Source: Chloroflexota bacterium (lineage in GTDB: Bacteria > Chloroflexota > Anaerolineae > Anaerolineales > DRKV01). Taken from it: a stretch of 33,664 nt of DNA. Below, in pieces: positions 26,566-33,664 of the stretch. The translations under genes and the position numbers were made by a program. The stretch lies in assembly GCA_037142095.1 (NCBI GenBank), contig JBAXBF010000002.1, positions 1 to 33,664 on the forward strand, written 5' to 3'. Under the pieces are notes generated by a model. That model was not told the origin of the DNA, did no database searches, and saw only the letters and a program-made list of their open reading frames with translations. The stretch's first letter is position 1. Each line of letters starts with the position of its first letter.

Positions 26566-27333
26566 TTAAGGGGTAGGATTAAAGTAATCGACCAAGGCTT
26601 GAACCAAGCCGTCAGTCGTATAAGCAGCAGCAATCACATGAACATCTAGCCCACACTCTCTGGCAGCATCAGCCGTAATAGGACCGATACAAGCAATCAC
26701 AGCCTGGCTCAATGAAGGAAAAGATTGATTTTCCATCAGTTTCATAAAATTTCGGACTGTCGAGGCGCTGGTGAACGTGATGATATCAATGCCTCTTTCA
26801 AACTCCATTAATACGTCTTGTGAGAAGTCTGCAGACTGTATGTGATAGACCGCAACTTCATTCGGGATAGCAGAACGTTTTTCGAGTTCCTCTTTAAGCG
26901 ATTTACGGGCAATATCAGCCCGCAGCAATAAGATACGTTCGCCTTGTACATCCCCCAAACCTGCAGCAATCGCATCGGCGATATATTCATCCGGCATAAA
27001 ACGCGGTTCCACACCGCGCTCTCTCAAAGCTTCGGCAGTTGCCGGACCAATCGCCGCCACGTCGATACCAACAAATGCCTCCTCATTTTGACCGCAGGCA
27101 GTCAGGTATTTCCAAAACTCAGATACTCCATTCACACTTGTAAAGATCACCCAACGGTAAGATCTCAGCTCGACAATTGCCTGAAACAAGGGTGCAGGGT
27201 CATCTAATGAAGCAATTTTAATCGTAGGAAACGCAATCGACTCTGCCCCATAAACATTAAGTTTTTCTATCAAAGCCGAAGCCTGGTCTTGAGGACGCGT
27301 TACAAGAATTCGTTTACCAGCCAATCCATTCAT
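26566..27333 (-). CDS. hemD: Uroporphyrinogen-III synthase
   Basis: 255 aa with GKRILVTRP at the N-terminus, a two-lobe HEM4-like pattern, and a 4-nt overlap with hemC. The family is poorly conserved, so the call leans on context. Confidence 0.85.
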   Translation of the reverse strand: MNGLAGKRILVTRPQDQASALIEKLNVYGAESIAFPTIKIASLDDPAPLFQAIVELRSYRWVIFTSVNGVSEFWKYLTACGQNEEAFVGIDVAAIGPATAEALRERGVEPRFMPDEYIADAIAAGLGDVQGERILLLRADIARKSLKEELEKRSAIPNEVAVYHIQSADFSQDVLMEFERGIDIITFTSASTVRNFMKLMENQSFPSLSQAVIACIGPITADAARECGLDVHVIAAAYTTDGLVQALVDYFNPTP

Positions 27334-28247
27334 AACAGCAATTCTCCTGCCCCCTGCGCCAATGCCTGGTCAGCCAACCTTCGACCCAATACCCGCGGAT
27401 CGGAGTCTTTTCCCGAGACACGGATGACCTTCTGACCATCGATTGATGCTACGATACCGTTTAATTCAATGCTTGTGTCATCACATTCAGCATAGGCACC
27501 CACCGGAACTGAGCAGCCTCCGCCAAGCGCCGCCAGAAACGTGCGTTCAGCAGTAACAGCAATATTCGTCATTGGATGATCAATCCTCATCAGGAGCTCT
27601 TTCAATTCCAAATCGATCGATCGCGCTTGCACCGCAATCGCCCCCTGTCCGGGGGCTGGCAGCATTACATTAATCGGTAGAAACTCAGTAACAGAATGTT
27701 CCAATCCCAGGCGTAGAACCCCTGCTGCCGCCAGAATGACCGCATCATAATCTTCCTGCATCGCTTTGCGAATGCGTGTATCGACATTCCCCCGCAAAGA
27801 TAAAATACTTAAATCCGGGCGGAAAGCCAGTAATTGCGCTGCACGTCGCAGACTTGATGTACCCACCCGAGCCCCACCCGGCAGCGTTGCAAGCGTCCAA
27901 CCCTTGGCAGAAATTAAGACGTCCCGCGCATCAAAGCGTTTACTTACTGCGGCGATACTCAAGCCGGGAATATCTTCGATGGGTAAATCCTTCAGAGAGT
28001 GGATGGCTAAATCAATCATCCCTGAACGCAGCCCTCTTTCCAATTCCTCTGTAAAGACTCCCTTACCACCAATCTCCGGTAATGGACGGTCAAGCACCTT
28101 ATCACCCTGAGTAACAAATTCCACTACCCGGTAGTGAAGATCAGGGTGGGCTTTGTTAAGCAGACTCAAGATATAATCCGTCTGCCAGCGGGCAAGTTTG
28201 GAAGTACGTGTGCCAAGTTTGATGGTACGCGTTGTCAAGGTTTGCAT
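27330..28247 (-). CDS. hemC: Hydroxymethylbilane synthase (porphobilinogen deaminase)
   Basis: IKLGTRTSKLARWQ N-terminal motif and cofactor Cys region LGGGCSVPVGAYA. Confidence 0.95.
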   Translation of the reverse strand: MQTLTTRTIKLGTRTSKLARWQTDYILSLLNKAHPDLHYRVVEFVTQGDKVLDRPLPEIGGKGVFTEELERGLRSGMIDLAIHSLKDLPIEDIPGLSIAAVSKRFDARDVLISAKGWTLATLPGGARVGTSSLRRAAQLLAFRPDLSILSLRGNVDTRIRKAMQEDYDAVILAAAGVLRLGLEHSVTEFLPINVMLPAPGQGAIAVQARSIDLELKELLMRIDHPMTNIAVTAERTFLAALGGGCSVPVGAYAECDDTSIELNGIVASIDGQKVIRVSGKDSDPRVLGRRLADQALAQGAGELLL

Positions 28248-29557
28248 TTTGGCTTTTTACTCTCTGGTATTTTGTGAGTATGGTCGGAAAGGTCAAACAG
28301 AAGCGACAGGGTTTCTGTATATCCTACCAGGTTGACATGATTGGCTTCCTTCCGCAGGCGCATGGTAGGTTCATGAAGTAATTTCGTAACGATGGAACGA
28401 GATAATATTTCAATTTGTTCATTTACCCGCGGTTCAAGATCAGGAAGTTGGCGAAGAGTCCGCTCCACTTCACGTTGGCGGATATCTTCGGCTTTTTTAT
28501 GCAACTCACCAATCACCGGAATTATTCCAAGCCATTTCTCGAACGCATTTACTTCCTCATGGATGATCATCTCAGCTCGCGGTATTTCGCCCTTCCGTGT
28601 ATCGATCGACTGCTCCGAGCAAGATTGAAGGTCATCCAGATCCAATAAATTTACTTGCGGAATTTTCTTTACCTCTGGATCAATATTGCGCGGTAATGCC
28701 AAATCGACCATTAACATCGAACGCTCCCTCTGCCCGGATATCGCTTTATCAACCATATCGTAATGAATGATAAAATGAGGTGAAGTCATGGCAGTAAACA
28801 CTACCTCGGAACCTGCCATCATATTTTGCAATTGATCGATAGGCAGCGCCTTACAACCTAGGTCGTCCGCCATTTTCTGCGCATGTTCGAAAGTACGGCT
28901 TGTAATGGTTACATCGGCTGCACAATGGCTTTTTAAGATTTCGACGATCAATCCCCCCATCTTACCTGCTCCGATCACCAAAACCCGGCGCTGTTCCAAA
29001 TCTCCAGCCACGCTCTCTGCCAGGTGAACAGCCACAGAACTCAAACTGGTTGGTCGTCGCCCGATAGCCGTCTCTGTCCGCACTCGCTTTCCGGCTTGAA
29101 TCGCAGTCCGAAACAACGAAGAGATAACATGCCCGGCATTCCCCAAACCAAGTGCCATTTCATGTGCTTGTGAAACCTGCCCTAATATCTGCGGCTCCCC
29201 TAAAACCATCGAATCGAGACCGGCTGCAACCCAGCAAAGATGGCGGACGGCATCCATATCTGAATAATGATACGTATGCGCCCCAAACTCGGAGATCGAA
29301 ACACCGCTCATTTCGGCAACATACTGATAAAGGGGATTAAAAAGCTGGTCATGATTCTCGCCCGGAATCCCATGATCTGGCACCGACGCATATACTTCCA
29401 AGCGGTTACAAGTAGATAAGACAGCGAGTTCAAAGATTGAGCTTTTTCGCCCCTTAACCACAAAGTCGCAATGGGGGCTCTCAGACGATTTATTTAATCG
29501 CTCACGGAGTTCAACGGGAGCAGTGTGATGGGAAACACCCAGACAAAGCAGGCGCAT
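28235..29557 (-). CDS. hemA: Glutamyl-tRNA reductase
   Basis: LGVSHHTAPVELRE, catalytic Cys in LSTCNRLEVY, and NADPH fold VLVIGAGKMG. First gene of the operon. Confidence 0.95.
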   Translation of the reverse strand: MRLLCLGVSHHTAPVELRERLNKSSESPHCDFVVKGRKSSIFELAVLSTCNRLEVYASVPDHGIPGENHDQLFNPLYQYVAEMSGVSISEFGAHTYHYSDMDAVRHLCWVAAGLDSMVLGEPQILGQVSQAHEMALGLGNAGHVISSLFRTAIQAGKRVRTETAIGRRPTSLSSVAVHLAESVAGDLEQRRVLVIGAGKMGGLIVEILKSHCAADVTITSRTFEHAQKMADDLGCKALPIDQLQNMMAGSEVVFTAMTSPHFIIHYDMVDKAISGQRERSMLMVDLALPRNIDPEVKKIPQVNLLDLDDLQSCSEQSIDTRKGEIPRAEMIIHEEVNAFEKWLGIIPVIGELHKKAEDIRQREVERTLRQLPDLEPRVNEQIEILSRSIVTKLLHEPTMRLRKEANHVNLVGYTETLSLLFDLSDHTHKIPESKKPKCKP

Positions 29558-29674
29558 CCTCTAACCTATACCTTCAAATTCGTTTGTCATGATTAACCGA
29601 TTCGCTATTCGTTAGATTCCGCACTTTTTGAAGTCAATCCCCTCATCAGGTCTATGCTTTTCTGCGTAGAGCTG

Positions 29675-29703
29675 AGTTTACTTCAAATCTAAAATCATGT
29701 CAA
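29675..29703 (-). promoter_or_regulatory. Candidate sigma-70-type promoter of the hem operon
   Basis: On the - strand: TTGACA (29703-29698), a 17-nt spacer, then TAAACT (29680-29675). It would give a ~110-nt leader before the hemA ATG. Confidence 0.4.
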
Positions 29704-29780
29704 TAATGAATATATAGTGAGAATTAGTCCCATAATATATCGTTGTTTACAAATCCAATTTAGAGAAAACCTTTTACCTC

Positions 29781-29808
29781 TTGACGCAGGGGAAAAAGGT
29801 GCTATAAT
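29781..29808 (+). promoter_or_regulatory. Candidate promoter of the TetR-ABC operon
   Basis: TTGACG (29781-29786), a 16-nt spacer ending in TGC (extended -10), then TATAAT (29803-29808). Confidence 0.55.
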
Positions 29809-29812
29809 TGAA

Positions 29813-29836
29813 ATATGAACGAACGTTCGTTTATAT
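29813..29836. promoter_or_regulatory. Palindromic operator candidate (TetR autoregulation)
   Basis: ATATGAACGAACGTTCGTTTATAT is a 24-bp palindrome with one mismatched pair and a perfect 14-bp core AACGAACGTTCGTT (29818-29831). It begins 5 bp downstream of the predicted -10 box (TATAAT ends at 29808), over the expected transcription start, and ends 12 bp upstream of the tetR ATG. Confidence 0.5.
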
Positions 29837-29848
29837 AAGAGAACCAAT

Positions 29849-30463
29849 ATGACAGAAACACTTCCATCTAAAGGCGAGAACACCCGCAAAGAAATTCTAC
29901 TGGCTGCCTATGACCTTTTTGTTCACCAGGGTTATCACGGCACTTCCATGCGCCAGATTGCCGAAAAAGCCGGCATCGCTCTGGGCGGCATCTACAATCA
30001 TTACCCCAGCAAAGAAGAGATATTTCATGCTGTCTTCCTTGAATTTCATCCATATCACGATTTCTTACCCGCCCTGGCAGCCGTCAGTGGAGAAGATGTG
30101 GAAATCTTTATGCGCAATGCCATCTACCAGATCATGACACTCTTGGATAAGAAACCAGGCTTTCTACAATTGATGTTCATCGAAGCAGTGGAATTCAACG
30201 GCATTCATATTCGTGAAATATTCCAGATGGTTTATCCAATGGGTGTCAATATTGCCCAATCACTTCAAGAGAACAATCTTAAAATGCGTAATATCCCCCC
30301 GCTTCTATTGATGCGCCTGATGATCGGCTTCATCTTTTCTTTTTATTTAACGGATGTCTTAATCGCTCCAGCAAGTCCTCAATCCTTCCGTGAAAATGCG
30401 TTAGACACTTTTATCGATGTCTATCTGCATGGAATCATCTCAAACGAACCGAGTAAGGTATAA
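29849..30463 (+). CDS. TetR/AcrR-family transcriptional regulator
   Basis: N-terminal HTH GYHGTSMRQIAEKAGIALGGIYNHYPSKEEIF; 204 aa. Confidence 0.9.
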   Translation: MTETLPSKGENTRKEILLAAYDLFVHQGYHGTSMRQIAEKAGIALGGIYNHYPSKEEIFHAVFLEFHPYHDFLPALAAVSGEDVEIFMRNAIYQIMTLLDKKPGFLQLMFIEAVEFNGIHIREIFQMVYPMGVNIAQSLQENNLKMRNIPPLLLMRLMIGFIFSFYLTDVLIAPASPQSFRENALDTFIDVYLHGIISNEPSKV

Positions 30464-30465
30464 GC

Positions 30466-32922
30466 ATGTCTGTCAAATCTATTATTAACTGGGATATCCT
30501 CATCAGCCCGCGCTGGCACAAAGTCATCAATGATTTCTGGTATAACCGTTCTCGTTTGGGACTGGCGATCATCTCTATTGCCGTGGGTGTGTTCGGACTC
30601 GGCACAGTCTTGGCAGAACGCGTCATCCTCATGCAAAATATAGAAATCCAATACAACGCCGCCTCTGCCGCTACTGCCTCATTTCAGGTACGAAATTTCG
30701 ACGATGGTCTGGTTAAACACATCCGCAAATTCCCGCAGGTTGCCGAAGCAGACGCTGTGCGGGCGGTGGAAATGCGCGTGCTCGTCCCACCCAACACATT
30801 CACCGGGAAAACAACCGAGGAATGGCGCACTCTGCAATTGATCGCCATCGATCAATTCGACGATATCCGCTTGAACCGTGTCGAATTAGAAAGCGGCACC
30901 TGGCCCCCGCCTCAGAATGGGTTAGTCGTCGAGCGGTCATCCCTTAAATTGATGGGTGTAAATCTCGGCGACACCCTATTAGTAGAAACCATCAACGGGC
31001 TGCAGCGCAGAATACCCATCGTCGGAGTGGTCAAAGATGTTACCATCTTCCCCAGTGATGTTACTAACAATGCCGCCGGTTACATCTCTTTTGACACTCT
31101 GCAATGGATCGACGAGCCGCGTGCTTTCAATAAACTCCTTATCTCGCTCAATGGAAAACCCAACGACCGAAATACCGTCAATGAAATCATGAACAGCATT
31201 CGTGAGCACATCGAATGGGACGGCTGGACAGTCAATACAGTTAATGTCCCTCAATACCCTAACCGCCCTCCCGTCGAAAACAATTTCCAAACAATCATCC
31301 TTATCTTGACAATCACCGGCTTTCTCTTGGTCATCATCAGCATCGTGATGGTCGCCAACACGATGGATGCCGTGCTCACCCAGCAAATCCGCCAAATCGG
31401 CATCATGCGTATCATTGGCGGGCAATTAAATCAAGTTTTCAGTCTTTATCTCGTCTTCGCTTTGTTCATGGGCGTTCTCGCCCTTCTGATTGGCGTCCCG
31501 CTCTCAATAATCGTCAGCCTGGAACTGTGCAAATTTGTGGCTGCGATGTTGAATTTCGATATTATCACCTCCGCTGTCATCCCATGGGTCATTGGCGTCC
31601 AAATCGTGGTTGCCCTTCTCGTGGCTTTACTGGCATCCCTCAAACCCATCATCTCCAGCACACTGTTTACTACCGTACGAGAAGCAATCAGCTCTCAAGG
31701 GCTGGATGCTGGTTTTAAAATGGGTATCATCGAACATATCCTGGGAAAATTGCGCGGATTATCTGGACCAGTAATGCTCTCACTGCGCAACACATTTCGT
31801 AAACGCTGGCGGTTGGGTATGACCCTCTTTACCCTCTCACTCGGTGGCGGTGTTTTCGTGGCAGTTTTCTGCCTGAATGCTTCTCTGCTGAATACAGCGT
31901 ATAACTTGCTCGACCAGTTCAGCCGTTATGATCTGTTGATCAGTCTCAATCGCACCTACCATTTAGAAGAAGTCTCACCTATCGTCACCCAGACACCCGG
32001 TGTACAAGCCCTCGAAGGCTGGCGGACCACCAGCGCTCCGCGCTACCGCAGTGATGGCACAGATAGTGACCCGATGAATGTCATCGCCGCACCCGCGAAC
32101 ACAAAACTTCTCGCACCAGTGATGTTGGCTGGGCGCTGGCTCCACCCCGATGACACCAATGCCATTGTCGTCAACCAATATGTCTTCGACCGCGAACCCG
32201 ACCTGCATATTGGCAGTGACATTGTTCTAAAATTCGGCGAGCGCAAGACAACCTGGCACATCGTCGGTGAAATTCGTGGCGTTGTCGGCGTTGGTCAAAC
32301 CCCTATGACCTATGTCAATTACGAACCTTTTACACAAATAACCAACAGTGTTGGTATGGTAAACTCCCTGGAAATCACCACTTCTTATCACGACAAAATC
32401 TTTTTGACCTCCTTAGGAAATACAATTGTTACCCATCTGACCCAGGCTGGATATCGTGTGAAAGAAATTCAAACTGCGACCGAGAATTTCAAACTCTTGG
32501 AAGCCCGCATCCAGATTCTAACGAGCGTTCTGATTACCGTCGCCATGATTCTGGCACTGGTCGGCGGTATCAGCCTGATGGGCACAATGGGGATCAACGT
32601 CATCGAACGCACCCGTGAAATCGGCGTAATGCGCGCCGTCGGTGCCTCCAGCGGTGACCTGATGCAAATCACGGTTACCGAAGGCGTAATAATCGGCTGG
32701 CTCAGTTGGTTTCTGGCTGGTTTGATTGCCTTTCCGTTGGGACAGGCACTGAGCTACCGCATCGGGATGGCATTTTTCAACGCTCCGCTCATGTTCACCT
32801 ACTCATTCCCCGGCTTAGGCATCTGGTTTGGAGTCGTCACACTCATCTCTATCTTTGCCAGCATCGTGCCTTCCCAAAACGCCATGCGAATTACAGTGCG
32901 CGAAGCAATCAGCTACGAATAA
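30466..32922 (+). CDS. ABC transporter permease with duplicated MacB-PCD/FtsX modules
   Basis: 818 aa. Contains two copies of the pattern: TM, ~200 aa extracytoplasmic domain, then three TM FtsX-like helices. Follows tetR by 2 nt. Confidence 0.85.
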   Translation: MSVKSIINWDILISPRWHKVINDFWYNRSRLGLAIISIAVGVFGLGTVLAERVILMQNIEIQYNAASAATASFQVRNFDDGLVKHIRKFPQVAEADAVRAVEMRVLVPPNTFTGKTTEEWRTLQLIAIDQFDDIRLNRVELESGTWPPPQNGLVVERSSLKLMGVNLGDTLLVETINGLQRRIPIVGVVKDVTIFPSDVTNNAAGYISFDTLQWIDEPRAFNKLLISLNGKPNDRNTVNEIMNSIREHIEWDGWTVNTVNVPQYPNRPPVENNFQTIILILTITGFLLVIISIVMVANTMDAVLTQQIRQIGIMRIIGGQLNQVFSLYLVFALFMGVLALLIGVPLSIIVSLELCKFVAAMLNFDIITSAVIPWVIGVQIVVALLVALLASLKPIISSTLFTTVREAISSQGLDAGFKMGIIEHILGKLRGLSGPVMLSLRNTFRKRWRLGMTLFTLSLGGGVFVAVFCLNASLLNTAYNLLDQFSRYDLLISLNRTYHLEEVSPIVTQTPGVQALEGWRTTSAPRYRSDGTDSDPMNVIAAPANTKLLAPVMLAGRWLHPDDTNAIVVNQYVFDREPDLHIGSDIVLKFGERKTTWHIVGEIRGVVGVGQTPMTYVNYEPFTQITNSVGMVNSLEITTSYHDKIFLTSLGNTIVTHLTQAGYRVKEIQTATENFKLLEARIQILTSVLITVAMILALVGGISLMGTMGINVIERTREIGVMRAVGASSGDLMQITVTEGVIIGWLSWFLAGLIAFPLGQALSYRIGMAFFNAPLMFTYSFPGLGIWFGVVTLISIFASIVPSQNAMRITVREAISYE

Positions 32923-32924
32923 AA

Positions 32925-32940
32925 AAACGATTAATCGTTT
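32925..32940. promoter_or_regulatory. Perfect 16-bp palindrome AAACGATTAATCGTTT between the permease and ATPase genes
   Basis: It shares the AACGA-N4-TCGTT arms with the operator candidate at 29818-29831. It lies between the permease stop (32922) and the ATPase RBS GAAGGA (32944-32949). Confidence 0.4.
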
Positions 32941-32957
32941 ATTGAAGGATTTTAATT

Positions 32958-33664
32958 ATGATAAAGAACAACGGCAACGGAAAACTGGAACTTAACCCCG
33001 CTGAACACCTTGTCCAACTGGAAGACATCGTCAAAGACTTTCAGGGACCGGCAGGTAAGATACATGTTTTGAAGCACATTTATCTCAATGTAGGAAAAGG
33101 GGAGCTGGTTGGTGTCGTCGGTCCGAGTGGTTCTGGAAAATCCACATTGATCAACATGATCACCGGCATCGACCGCCCAACCTCCGGTGCGATCAATATT
33201 GTCGGTGAAAGCCTGAATGCGATGGATGAGAACCGCCTGGCACGCTTTCGCGGTATCCATATCGGCGTCGTCTTTCAGTTCTTTCAATTATTGCCTACAT
33301 TATCGATCATCGAAAACGTCACACTCCCCATGGATTTCTGCCGTATGTGGACACCTCGCCAGCGGTACGAACGCGCCATGATGCTTTTGGATATGGTCGG
33401 CATCGCCGATCAAGCTCACAAAATGCCCACCACGCTCTCGGGTGGTCAGCAGCAGCGTGCCGCCATCGCGCGGGCGCTAGCTAATGACCCGCCACTCATT
33501 CTTGGTGACGAACCAACCGGTAACCTGGATAGCAAAACCGCCGATTCAGTCTTCCACCTTTTTGAAGATCTGGTCTCTCAGGGGAAAACATTCATCATGG
33601 TTACCCATGACGTCGGTCTGGCAAAACGCATCCCGCGCGTCATCAAAGTATTGGACGGCGTCCT
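32958..33664 (+). CDS. ABC transporter ATP-binding protein (MacB/LolD-type), 3' end outside the window
   Basis: My own translation from ATG 32958 is open to the window end: [28 protein letters not shown]... It has Walker [11 protein letters not shown]-loop VFQFFQLLP, signature [15 protein letters not shown], Walker [13 protein letters not shown] and H-loop VTHD. It is missing from the ORF track, which lists only a spurious antisense ORF at 32952-33287. Confidence 0.9.
   Translation, partial: MIKNNGNGKLELNPAEHLVQLEDIVKDFQGPAGKIHVLKHIYLNVGKGELVGVVGPSGSGKSTLINMITGIDRPTSGAINIVGESLNAMDENRLARFRGIHIGVVFQFFQLLPTLSIIENVTLPMDFCRMWTPRQRYERAMMLLDMVGIADQAHKMPTTLSGGQQQRAAIARALANDPPLILGDEPTGNLDSKTADSVFHLFEDLVSQGKTFIMVTHDVGLAKRIPRVIKVLDGV

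Noticed and set aside
29572-29688. CTTCAAAT occurs twice (29572-29579 and 29681-29688), and an inverted TTTGAAG lies at 29627-29633, all in the hemA leader. I considered these as binding sites for the operon-embedded HTH protein.
   Set aside because: An 8-mer repeating once within about 300 bp of AT-rich DNA is expected by chance (order 0.5-1 such pairs). There is no dyad symmetry or regular spacing, so I do not claim it without comparative data.
29695-29889. A 64-aa - strand ORF spans the tetR promoter and start region.
   Set aside because: It overlaps the predicted promoter, the operator and the tetR start codon. It has no RBS, and its hydrophobic low-complexity translation looks accidental in AT-rich intergenic DNA.
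1-33664. I searched for a mobile element, defence island, toxin-antitoxin pair, CRISPR array, tRNA/rRNA or riboswitch.
   Set aside because: I found no integrase, transposase or recombinase motifs, no terminal inverted or long direct repeats, no spaced repeat arrays and no cloverleaf-capable intergenic segments. Only four intergenic regions exceed 100 bp, and promoters, terminators and operators account for them.

Overview
This 33.7 kb window is gene-dense, and I saw no rRNA, tRNA, CRISPR array, transposase or integrase. Everything except the last ~4 kb concerns heme.

(1) + strand, 1-8544: a System I cytochrome c maturation operon, ccmE (3' fragment)-ccmF-ccmH-ccmG-[zinc-ribbon membrane protein]-[lipoprotein]-ccmA-ccmB-ccmC-ccmD-EamA transporter.

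(2) - strand, 8689-15404: a respiratory cluster with a divergent LysR regulator (15603-16520). It encodes a 9-heme cytochrome, a 15-heme cytochrome (Otr-like octaheme domain fused to a heptaheme extension and a C-terminal TM anchor), a Tat-signal 4x[4Fe-4S] protein and an NrfD/PsrC-type membrane subunit.

(3) - strand, 16552-29557: an 11-gene heme biosynthesis operon, hemA-hemC-hemD-hemB-hemE-[membrane decaheme cytochrome]-hemL-[HTH protein]-[radical SAM/SPASM]-hemH-hemY.

(4) + strand, 29849-33664: a TetR regulator plus a MacB/FtsX-type ABC permease and ATPase. The ATPase runs off the window and is absent from the supplied ORF track.

The best candidates for something undescribed are:
- (a) the Otr-heptaheme fusion cytochrome coupled to an NrfCD-like quinol module;
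- (b) the hem operon, which has every coproporphyrin-dependent step except ChdC/HemQ and carries a radical SAM/SPASM enzyme, an HTH protein and a decaheme cytochrome with CX3CH and CX4CH sites instead;
- (c) a ccm operon with a Cys-type (CXXXY) CcmE, a retained CcmH, and two non-canonical membrane proteins where CcmI would be.

All functional calls rest on motif recognition in the translated ORFs plus gene context; no database search was possible. The protein style (TM-anchored multiheme cytochromes with Pro/Thr linkers) suggests a monoderm, perhaps Chloroflexota/Anaerolineae-like host, but that is only a guess.
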